A stretch of DNA of 63,986 nt, the filler included, from Choristocarpus tenellus KU-1152 (taxonomy: Eukaryota > Protista > Phaeophyceae): assembly GCA_964200185.2 (NCBI GenBank). It is 4 parts of 4 records of this genome, joined end to end, with 100 filler letters (N's around TTAATTAATTAA, not from the genome) between each part and the next. Parts side by side here need not be neighbours in the genome. Positions count along the whole stretch, not along the records: positions 53,171 to 61,377 come from CAXNAD020004995.1; positions 61,478 to 63,986 come from CAXNAD020027214.1; 2 more parts are not named here. One strand, written 5' to 3'. The stretch's first letter is position 1. Each line of letters begins with the position of its first letter. A program made the translations under genes and the position numbers. The notes below the pieces were generated by a model. That model made no database searches. It was not told the DNA's origin and was given only the letters and a program-made list of their open reading frames with translations. Below, in pieces: positions 53,256-63,986 of the stretch.

Positions 53256-56200
53256 CTGAGTGGTAGGGAGTCCATTGAGTAGAACATAACCACACCACAT
53301 GCACCATTTCCAACAGGAATGGGCACACCAAAGGAAGACCTAATGCCCAACAGTCGAGCCACAGGTGCAAGCGGGTTCCGAGCAGCATCATACTCACCAT
53401 AATTCATCTGTTCATTCCGGGAAGGTGGGAATGATGAGAGGAGGACATTTGAGTTGCACTTCAACACAAGAACTTCCCTCTCCATCCTATGCACTTTGTG
53501 GGGTGTGAGATTGTTCTAAAACACAGATGTCTCCAGGTGGAACCAGAGGACATCTATTGTACTGCAGCAAAAACAGGTGAGCCTGTAAAACAGAAGCGCA
53601 CCTCCCACTGCGAGCGGCGCATCTTGAACACCATTCCTGGCAACCCCACTCCACTCTTAAGGGCCACATTTTTGCTCAGGTGTGTCCATTTTGACAGCCG
53701 AGGATCCTGCAACAGCAGCAGATGTTATCGCCATGAGAAAATTATCTTAGAGGGTAGAGCTGCATCGATTTGGGGGCCACAATCCAATTTTGCAATTTTG
53801 ATGTAATCTTGGCTATCGTGTTTGTTAGGAAGTGTCAATATCCTTGTTCCAGACACATCTTTTCATAACATATACATTTCACCTACTCCAAAATATTTTG
53901 GAGTAGGAAAACGTAATTAAAAAAAAACATGGGAAGCTAAGCCCCAAACGTACAAACAGGGAAAACCTTGTGCCCTCTAAGGTACTTTCACTCCATGTAA
54001 AAGTGCATGAAATTTTAAAGTTTGTCTACCTAAGTCATTTCTTCCTCAGTGGGCAAAGTGTATCAGCTGCTCCCATCAGGAATTACCCGCATTTGAGGGG
54101 ATAGAAGATGTAAGTTGAAGATTTGTTTCATCTTTCTTAGGCCATTATGTTGCCAATTGATGCAATGTCTCAAGAGTGAAAGGTGTGCCTTCACTTGCTT
54201 GCTGTTAAGTCAGGGTCAAGAACAGAGTACAGGGAAAGAACAAAATATGACACACTTAGAAGAATGTATTATTCAAAACAAGAAATCTTCAAACAAACCT
54301 CACCGTCTTGAACAAGGTCAGGGGCAACATCAGTAGGGGAAAATAAGCTAAGATAAAAAAGGAACCAGAAACACCTCAACAGCACAGTGCAAAATCATAC
54401 CTATTTTCAACATATCCCACCACCACCCTGATACTACTATAGGAACCTTGTACACCTTGCTCTACTTCCAAAATATTTCTTCGTATGACCATATATACCT
54501 GAACATTGGATCTGCTTAAAAAGAGTCCATCTGACAATGCCGGAGAGGGCAGCCACAGGTCTGAAGCATGGAATGCTGACATTGTCAGGAAGCCTTGAAT
54601 AAACTCGTCAAACCTTGTCTGCTTCAAAATGTCCAGCAACCCCCAGCCTGCAGACACAGAGTCCCTGCATGCCCCCATTAAGATGGAATTAATCCAGCGG
54701 TTCCCAACAGGTAGCAAGGGGTTTGAGCAGAGGTGGGAATGGCATAGGCAACAAAGATCACAGGTGGTAACTGCTTCATCACATGCATAAAAGCAGGGAG
54801 GCATACACAGTGCACAAAGGAGCAACAGGGCCATGGAAGGAGAGTCTACAACAGCAGAGGGAACATACAACCACCTGTAAATCAATCCTGTTGTTGACAT
54901 CAGTCAGTGTCAGTCTACAACAATTACAGAAGTGCAGGATAAAGGGAGCTTGAGGGGAAGGTTGGACAGATATTCAACATTGAGGTCAACATCATCAACA
55001 GCAACAACAACAAAAATGAACCTCTGTCGATCACACTTTCCTACCAAACAAGAACACACAACACACACCTTGTACCACTCCACCACATCCACTGCATTCC
55101 CATCCTATTACTGAGCAAACCTCTTCATCCAACCTGTTCTCACCATCACCCAAAAATCTTATTCCAAAGCATGTATCCACCCTAGAGTTACAAAGCACAG
55201 AATGCAACCCTCAACTATTAACACTAACCCTAACACTAACCCTAACACTAACCCCCTACCTCAACCCTTACGGAGTTAGCTATACCTGGGCATGCAGATA
55301 CAAAAAAAGAAAAATGCGGTAAAAAAAAAAATTAAAGAGGTAAAAGAGACAAGAACAACAGCCTAGTTGATCCACCACGCACCCGTTCCCCGAGAGGTTG
55401 TTTGCATTGTCAGCAGTAGTGTCCGCATCCTGCATCCCACTATTGTTGACTTTCTTAGACCAAGAGTTGATTGATGTGGACGAGCCCTCGTCAGGGTGAG
55501 GGGAAGGCATGCCTCCTGATGATGCACGGTAAGCCTGCAAGTCTCCACCTCCCAAAGGCATGAGCGATACTTTGGGTCCCCCACTGTCCCCACCATCATT
55601 GCCAACAGCAATCAGGTCTTTAGAAAACAATGATGACAAGCTCTGGTCACTTGGGACTACACACAGCAGGTGAGCAGAGTTGGAGAGGGAGAGAGAAGCA
55701 CGGGAAAAGGAGGGGTAGCGGGGGGGGGGGGGGAGGGACGAATTGGTTTATCTACCATGCCATCTCAATTGATCATGAGGGTTGTGCATGTTTGATGAAA
55801 AGTCTAAAGAACTCAAACTTTTACCCAGGCAACTCATTTTTTCAATTATCTACCTACTTGCCACTTGCGAATGACCCTCAAGGACATTAAAGACCATCCC
55901 CTGTATCATTTGAGCCTTGCCACCCATGGACCAACTCAACCTAAAAACATAGTACTTCAAAAAAAAAATAGCAACACTGCTTCAAGGTCGGGCCTCTCAC
56001 AGCCTTTAGTGGTAAGAACAGCATAGTTAACCTTTGAGGTTACTGTTGTGATGAGTCAACAAAAAGGATGAATTTTTGTTTCAGAGGAAAAAAGAAGGTG
56101 GGGGACACTCCCTTCTCTGCTGCCATAGAATTCTTCATACATGAGAGCACTGACAGAAGGCTTGATACAGCACATGGTCATGCTCCAAAAGAGTGTAAGA

Positions 56201-59200
56201 ATACCAAAAAAAACAAAAAAGAAATCTGAGGTACAAAACATAACCAGGCTACAAAAAATAGTTTTACAAAAAAAAATCAAGTATATAAAACCTACCAACA
56301 TAGCAGGGTGTATGGGATCATCTCATAGACCTAGCCTCTCGTACTCACCAGATGTAAGCCCCCCCCTCACAGGTGAGTTACACTTGGACACAGGCCCTGG
56401 ACTCCAACCACGGAGAGGGCTCGCAGGAATAGATGCTCCCCCTGTGAGCTGGTCCATCACCTTGATCCACATCGTGTAATCCTCCCCATCCCCATCCATG
56501 CCCTAACAAGAGGTCGAGACAACAAAGACAACAGAGACACAAACAAAGTGGGTACAGGGTGCAAGAGGAGGAAAGATGAGCAAGGTGGGTTGGGTTGCTG
56601 GGTAACGGGAGGGGGCTGGGTAACAGGAGGGGCTGCCGGGGTGTTCAATCAATCTATTGTCGAGGCAAGGTTCACCCTCTAATCTTGTGCATACGCCATC
56701 ATACCCGCAAGGCACTGGGCACGATACTATCCCTCATATCATTCTATTGTTTTCACCATGAATTCTCCTGCCCACTGGCGAATAAAAAATAGAACGAGAA
56801 AAAAGAGACAGCATGCAAAAATAAAACATCACAGGATGATACTCTTACTCTCACTTGTCATTAGAACAAGATAGGCAACTCCCTGGAGTGAGACAGACAG
56901 GGTCGCATCAAACGATACAAAACTGAAAGAGCCACTCCGGGAGGTGCATGTTTGGATCACAGTCAAATCACCACAACACGTGAAAGCTTCAATATGAGAC
57001 ACCAGCACGACTTCAGTATAGCAACCTGCCTCATGTAAGCCATTCAACATCAGAAATCAGCACAAATACAACCCTTGCCCTACCAATCACCATCGGTGTA
57101 AATTCACCACCATTTCAAAATTGTGGGAAAAGTTCAGTAAAATCAGTCAACTCCTCCAAAAAAATTCCGAAAAGATCCTGTGATGGTCAGACTCACATTG
57201 CCTACTGCCAACCATTGGCATTGCCTCCTCCACTGTACCTACACCTCGCTCTGGGCATGCCTTATTGATCTACAATCGTACTCCAGACTGCAACTGCATG
57301 AAGCACAGCACACAACAGCATCAAGCATTCAAATCAACAAATACACATATCGCTCCAAAATTCAACATTCCCTGATCCCCTTCCCCTCAATCACTCCCCA
57401 CACAAGTGTACCCCTCCTACCTCTATGTCATATGAGTTGTCAACAGTGGGCCATTCCACTGAGGTGACTGATGCTCGCCGTATCTGGCGGGGCATAGGTG
57501 ACAGCAATGGGGAAGGCTGTGGTGACATTACCAGTGACGACAGCCCCGGCAACACTCCCAGCCCCATCCCTGTTCCTGTCCCTGTTCCTGCCCCTGTCCC
57601 CTGCCCTGTTGATCCCCATAGGCTTTTCTCCTCAGTTAAATCTAACACATCCATTCCATCCCCAAAATCCACCCCCAGGGTAGAGGTGGTTGATCCCCAA
57701 AACCCAAGCATTCCCCCACTCCGAGATTTGAGAGTGCGCATGAGTTGTGGCACCTGACAGCATCAAACCAACATCAAATAGATTCAGTCCGCATCATCAG
57801 GGTAAAGGAGGAAAAGGACCATGAGTGGGAAGATGGGAAAAAGATCAATAAATCTATTTCTCCTCAAAAAAATGAAAGACAAGCAGGATATCCCAAGAAC
57901 TGGGGGGGGGAGAGTCAGGGCAGAGGGCAGAAGCATAAATAAATCTAGAACATTCCAGTGCAATAGAGCACACCACCTGTCCCAGGGTTAGTGTCTGCAG
58001 CTTGATGCCACACGGTAGGGAGGCTTGGATGGCAGCCAGCTTGCGCTTTCTCCCCTGCTCATCTGCAGATCTACCAGCTGTGATTGCAGGGAAGATAGGC
58101 ACTGAAGCAGATGCTGGCAGGAAGGCACTGCTGGGATCTGATGCTGCCTGTGCAAGCGTATATAGGAACTCCATGGCTGCTGGTGTGTTCTGCTCAAGGT
58201 GTGAAAATTTTCAAAAGAGGGGCGTGGAAGTCAAGGTTAAGTCAATTCAGGGAAATGCAAGGATTTGTGTCTCAGGGGCAAGAGGGGGGATGGGAATGCT
58301 GGGACAAACATAGGGTATCCCAAGGGAGGGGGAGATCAACACAACAAGAGTGCAGTCTACCTCTATAGTCAGCCCAAACCCTAAAAAATTCCAAAAGTAA
58401 CACTACCTACAGAAAAAAATCATCATATCCAAGTCAGGGCAATATGCTGAACGGATTGATTCGAAAACATGAACATAACAAAACAAAACAAAACCACACA
58501 CCTGAACCGTAAATAGGGAAAACAGGACCAAAATGCACAGGTCATAACCTGCACTGCACACAGGGGCACCCACAGCGGTCCGGAGAGGTAGGTCAGAGCG
58601 ACCAAGCAGGCCCTCAGACAGGGTGGTGTTTGCCCACACAATGTGCCCCCCATCTCGCACTGCCTCACAGATCTACTCAACGTGTTGGGGTTGGGGAAAA
58701 GGTCAGGTTTGTCGTTGGGTTCATCCCTATTGCAGATACCAGATACAGGAGGTCCATGTATCAAAACAAACTACTCGCCCAAAAACATGTATCTCCAGGA
58801 CGGGGGATTTTGATAGCGCTGATGCCACAAACTGCGACAGCAGTCCTCAAAAACTCTACCACAAAGGCATGCACTAACAGAGACAAAAACACACATTCCC
58901 ATTCCACCCACAACATACGCACCATGGGAGAGAACTTGTGGTTTGATGCTTCATGTTGATTCTCTGCCCAGTCTGCTGACGGTGGCTTCATTAGTTTGGA
59001 TCGAAGATTATTGATGGAGGGAGACGTGTAGAGCTCCACAAAGTGCATTGATGAAGATGAGAAGGGGGCACTTGCATCTGCTAAGAAGTAAAATGAGAAA
59101 TGGGTTTGGTTCAAGGGGCAGAACTTTGTTAGGCATAAAAAAGGGGATGGGAGGAAAGGGGGAGTCACAACTTGACAAGCTCGCCTAGCGAAAAAATATT

Positions 59201-60288
59201 CCTGGAACATGTTTTTTAGGGAATAAAATGTCCATCAATGTTACACAAAATAGTGTGGACTTTGATTGGAGAACGCCAAAAAGGGAGGGAAACAATCTGA
59301 AAAAAGCACCTCTCAATACATCTCCCACTCCATGCTGCCGACAACATCGCGAACCATCCAGATACAGCCTTCTCCTGCCGAGATCTTGAAAGGAGGGCAG
59401 TGTGGGGGGAGTTATTTGGACGCGATTCGGTACAAACTCTAACGCCTTTTCCACCGTAGACCCAACCAGTATTACAAGACCGAGAGGTAGTTATCTCGAA
59501 AAATAAATTTTGTTATTACATGCATTGAAACTGTTGGCATACATAGCATGAGGATTCATCTCCTTGCCGGGGTATACCATAAACCTGGTCGAAGTAACGC
59601 AGGGCATGAAAATGAAATTTCTCCAGGACAAGTGGGCAGCACATCCTCGGGTTCCATACGGCTCGAAGAGAAACAGCCCTTGGTTGTGCTCTGCAGCGCA
59701 AGGGTGTGCAAATTGTGACACTCACACTCTTTTCCATAAAAATCAAGGAGATGTTGGGGATATCATTCACCGTGATAGCAAAGAGGTAGCTGTTTGCTGC
59801 CTTACCACTTTTACAACAGAGTTTTCTCGTCTATAGAATACAACAAAAGCGGGAGGGCAGCACAGAGTTTAGAAATTCGTTCACGGTCGAGTATACACCG
59901 TCGACCACATGCCCCTCTTGTCGACTTTTTGCATACCCGAGGACCCCAACATATCGGGCTATTGGCATTGGTCGGCGTAAGTCTCGACATTCGCATCTCC
60001 TGGAAAGGGAAAGATGCAACTCCACTACTCCTATCACTAATTGGTAAGGTCGATGTCATCACAACCCTTAATACTACCCAAATAGCAGGTATCAAATTGG
60101 TTTATCAAAGGTCCCCACAAAAAAAAATTCAAGTCGAAGTTGGAGAAGGGGGAGGAGGAGGGTAAGGGACAAGTATCATATCACTCACTTATATCAGGTG
60201 TATCATCACAGCACCATATTTCTCCAATGTCGAAGTTTAGTGTGGAGCACGCCGCTTGGAGATATGGTCGAATCCGGTTTGGGTCCAT
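53256..60288 (-). CDS. Protein with two GAF-like domains of the NIN-like-protein type, separated by a Ser/Pro/Gly linker
   Basis: Phase-consistent exons 60288-60189 (AACSTLNFDIGEIW), 59080-58923, 58672-58502 (IVWA..EGLLGRSDLPLRTAVGAPV..ILVLFS), 58189-57977, 57753-57421, 56460-56349, ~55657-55384, 54664-54499 (FHASDLWLP), 53706-53602 (SGVGLPGMVF..QWE), 53407-53256 (ARLLGIRSSFGVPI..GVVMFYS). Confidence 0.8.
53735..53993. mobile_element. MITE subfamily A copy, 3-bp TSD CAT, intronic
   Basis: gagaaaattatcttagagggta ... tgccctctaaggtactttcactc, with cat on both flanks. Confidence 0.88.
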
Positions 60289-61377
60289 ACCCCGTGGGCA
60301 AGCCCAGTCTCAGTCCTTTTTACAGTTGATCGGATTTCGCCTAGACAGACAAAACTCCGTTAATTCCCAGCCTGCGTGAGGTAAACACCCGTTATAAGGG
60401 AATAGACACTCCACTCCTACACCAACGTGTCTCTCCCCTTGAGCTTCACTCCTTTTCCTGAAAAGCTGGGGTTAGGGGTCTGTGTCACGTGTGTTCGGCA
60501 CTTTACTGTCCTGAAGGTCTCGTTTGTTCATTTGGTCGATAATGACATCATAAAATTCTACATAACCAAAATATGATTGCACTTAACTAAAAATATTGAT
60601 TCTATAGTATTATTGTACTTTGGTTTATATGATGGATTTTATTCACATAAACATATATAGTTAATATTGGATTTCTAATTCATCACAGGAAAAAGGATAT
60701 ATACCGAAGTTAGGGATCTGGATTTCCATTTGAGTATTCTCCGCGTTCTAAGTTACTTTCGTTTTCAACGGGATATTCTGTTGGTTGGACGAATTCAATT
60801 CTCCATCGATCGTACTTTGTATATTCTTACTATAAATTACTGCACTTTAAAAATAAAAACACTTAAGAGTATTTCTACCACCTTTCTCATCATCATTGTA
60901 TTCTTTAATATTTCAATAATATCACGATCACAAACAACTAATAACCACCACCTCACAGTCCAGTAACAGATTATATTTATTGTGAAGTGGGAATGAAGTC
61001 ATTCAATTGAACAACATGAAATAGGGTTTGTAATTTTTGTTCGCGCTTTCAGCAATCACTGCAATCCACAACAAAATCTGATCATAAAGAGTAAAAATAT
61101 AATTTAAAATATAATATTAATAATTCATACAAATTAATAATATTACACAATTACTCTTATCAAAGATACATTCACAGTATGTACCCCGATTTTGTTCACC
61201 CATGGGCATGCCCGAAAAAAGCGGTACAGAATTGATGTGGTACAAATTCGTTTTTGTAGTAATTAATCGTGGTTAGTGTGAATCGTGTGATTCTGTGGCG
61301 GCGTAGTTCACTCAGGCAAGGGTGGAGAAGAGAGTCACCGGGCAAAACGGACCACACGAACAAGGACGAACCATGAC

Positions 61378-61477
61378 NNNNNNNNNNNNNNNNNNNNNNN
61401 NNNNNNNNNNNNNNNNNNNNNTTAATTAATTAANNNNNNNNNNNNNNNNNNNNNNNNNNNNNNNNNNNNNNNNNNNN
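61378..61477. other. Artificial contig linker
   Basis: N-run with TTAATTAATTAA at 61422-61433. Confidence 0.95.
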
Positions 61478-62539
61478 GAGAGGACAATACCCATCACGCC
61501 GCAGATGTAGGATGGCCACCCGTCAGCCACTAGGGGATCTGGCTAGCATAGGGAATGGACTCGTGGACCCCGAGGGGTAGACGCCAGGACATCCCAAGGG
61601 TAAGGCCAGGCCTCCATCGCAGCAAGACACACTCCAATGTAGCCTGTGCGTTCTGTAATTACTGGAACGAGGGATTAGCGCTTGAAGACTAGGCGTAGCA
61701 AAGGATACGGTCACCATATCTTTCCGAAAGCACACATTTGCATCGAATTCAGAGACATGTAGTGTTCTTACCAGTTACACCATAGGTCGGAACTGGTGAC
61801 GCACATATCCTCCCATCATGTGCAGGACGAAACCTAAGGATGAAGTTCATGTTCTCCGATATATCACTTCGATCCGTATTGGGAAAAAAAGTACTATTTT
61901 CTGTTTCTGTTTCCAATCCCCTAACACCTGTCCCAACCCTAATACCTGTCCCAACCCTAACCCTGTGTCTCAAGGCTGAAACCCCAACATCATCCCTAAC
62001 CCTTACAATCCCGAAATTATGCCAACACATTTTTCGCTCTTCCTTCATCCACCCGCCTCATGTCATTTTTCCATACTTTACCGTACTTCAAACTATGACA
62101 AACGTTGCAGCGGTCCACATAACGACTCATTTGAAGGCACAATCCTCCAATCCATCATCCTCGATTTTCCAACAACTTAAGCACAATCTCATATCCCTCG
62201 TAGAGAAGGAGGCCACAAAAATGGTATGTGATCTGGGGATATGTATAGACCTACACCACATGAAACGTTGGGCATCCCTTCCACCAAAAAACCCATCCTA
62301 CACAATAGTTTACCGTATGACGGAACCCATCAATCGTAGTACATATATACACCATTATTTTGGTGGGTAACACACACTAAGCATTTGTCAACTGTTTCCA
62401 AAAATTCACATGAAGTCACACACTCTACCATACGGTAGACTACCTCAATTCACTTCATCCTACGTGCTTCATGGGATGTATTCATAACCTTTTGATGTCG
62501 CTCACGAGTGTCCGTATATGTGAACCACACCTTTTTCAG

Positions 62540-63083
62540 GATACTCTACCCGGGGCGGTTTCGGTTCTTGATGTCTCCAACCCACCCTTGTCGAGGCGTC
62601 GAATGCTGTATGTCACCCAACACGAACACTTCATGACCAAATATTGTGCACGCCCCCCTCGTCCGAACAAATTGGCAGCGTTACCAATGTTCACATCATC
62701 AACATCAAACTCAAGTGTCAAAAGGGAACAAACCCACCAACTCATTTCGTAACCTCATTTAAATCCCCTCAGGAAACGGCGAGTCAAGAGACTGCCCATG
62801 ACCAGTGCCGCTCGTTCGTGGAAGGAATCAAGAAAGGACCAGATCATGGACCTCTTCATCTCCATGTTTGCCAACCACAATGGTCGAAAAGAGATGGAAG
62901 GAAGCGGTGGCACTTGGAACGACCTTGCCTCTAGACTTTTGGATGAGAAAGCAGGTTTGCACCATTGGCAGGAGCGCTGCGAGTTGTGCTGGCTCGGGAA
63001 AATCGCGAGTCCACGCCCGATCTCCAGGTCAAGACATTCCTAGAGTTTCTAAAGAAAGATCTTAGCATCGAGCCACCCGCCAG
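62540..63083 (+). pseudogene. Exon-like fragments of an unknown gene with a frame break
   Basis: AG/GT-bounded segments 62540-62607 and 62773-63083 join in phase (..RRRMLKRRVKRLPMTSAARSW..). The protein-like frame then shifts near 62955-62971. Confidence 0.4.
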
Positions 63084-63089
63084 GTATAT

Positions 63090-63945
63090 AACTCCCTTCA
63101 CGTCGACACAACACGCAGCATGCAAATCGCACATATGCAACTCTCCATCGACTGCACACCGTCCGTGCACACGTGCAACCACCGCCCTCTATTTCGTATA
63201 AGTCTACCAATCGGTAAACTTACGCAAAATTCCAAGTTATCATTTCCTTCTCTCACATTAACGTCTGTCATTTATCAAACAATTGTCATAGGAACAGATA
63301 GCACATATACGACGTGCGCGGTCCCCCCCACCCACAACAACCGGCCTTCACTTCCCACTGGCGACAGGCTCACCCCTCTCGCCCCTTAATAAAAATTAAA
63401 AAAAAACTCGCAAAAAATATCGTTGACCCATTACATCAAATCCATGCCTACCCTTCTCGTCGACACCATGCGCAACGTGCTAATCGCATATCACACTTCT
63501 CAATCGACTGCACATTGTCCATGCACACTTGCAATCATCGCCCTTTATTTTTAATGTCTACCAATCGGTAAACTCGTGCAAAACTCCAAATTATCGTTTT
63601 CGTTCACGTATCAATGTCGGCCATGTACCCATCGCTTGTTGCAGGAATACATAGCACATATACTACATATATGATTCCCCCCACTCACAATAATCGATCC
63701 CTGTTTCCCACTGGCGACAGACTGCCCCTCCCGCCCTTTGCCAACCCATACAATAAACACGCAATAGATATCGTTGACCCATTATGTCACATCCGTGCCT
63801 TCCCTTCACGTTGACAACACGCGCGACATGGTCATCACACATACGCACTTCTTAATCGACTGCTCACCATCCGTGCACACTTACAATCATCTCGCCCTCT
63901 ATTTTCCAGAAGTCTGCCAAGCGCCAAACTAACTAAAAACTTCAA
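63090..63945. repeat. ~355-bp tandem repeat, about 2.4 diverged copies
   Basis: The atcgactgcacac..tgcacac..gccctctattt block recurs at ~63147, ~63503 and ~63855. Confidence 0.88.
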
Positions 63946-63947
63946 GT

Positions 63948-63986
63948 GGGTCAAAGTATCTGGGGGGGGGGGGTGGTTTGTGAGGG
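63948..63986. mobile_element. Left TIR of a MITE subfamily B copy (truncated by the window end)
   Basis: gggtcaaagtatctggggggg is the exact reverse complement of the right end of the 12222-12525 element. Confidence 0.8.

Noticed and set aside
59811-60095. Minus-strand ORFs in the first intron of the GAF gene
   Set aside because: The phase required by exon 1 hits a stop; exon 1 joins cleanly to 59080.
31698-61477. TTAATTAATTAA palindromes inside N-runs (three places)
   Set aside because: Identical artificial six-frame-stop linkers, not biological. Adjacency across them is not guaranteed.

Overview
Eukaryotic, intron-rich genomic DNA, very probably a stramenopile and possibly a brown alga or close relative. 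The basis is the MAKTPSK H2B and MSGKGKGG H2A N-termini plus a decayed retroelement resembling brown-algal Ngaro elements from memory. Spliced gene models were built by hand from GT/GC-AG sites and phase continuity. Genes in order: a GBD/FH3-FH1-FH2 formin (minus, 3' end unresolved); a divergent intronless H2B/H2A pair, each followed by a shared 3' stem-loop; a PIG-Y-like gene head-to-head with TCF25/Rqc1; a TPR-like hypothetical gene; a weakly supported MG-starting gene; and a large minus-strand gene with two NIN-like-protein-type GAF domains and probably a long acidic tail. Accessory DNA: a decayed DIRS/Ngaro RT-RNaseH relic, eight MITE copies from three subfamilies sharing GRG..AAAGTA termini with mixed 3- and 4-bp TSDs, a ~2.9-kb degenerate ~190-bp tandem array, smaller minisatellites and interstitial CCCTAA repeats. 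Three N-TTAATTAATTAA-N blocks are artificial contig linkers. No database searches were run; all family calls come from motif recognition.
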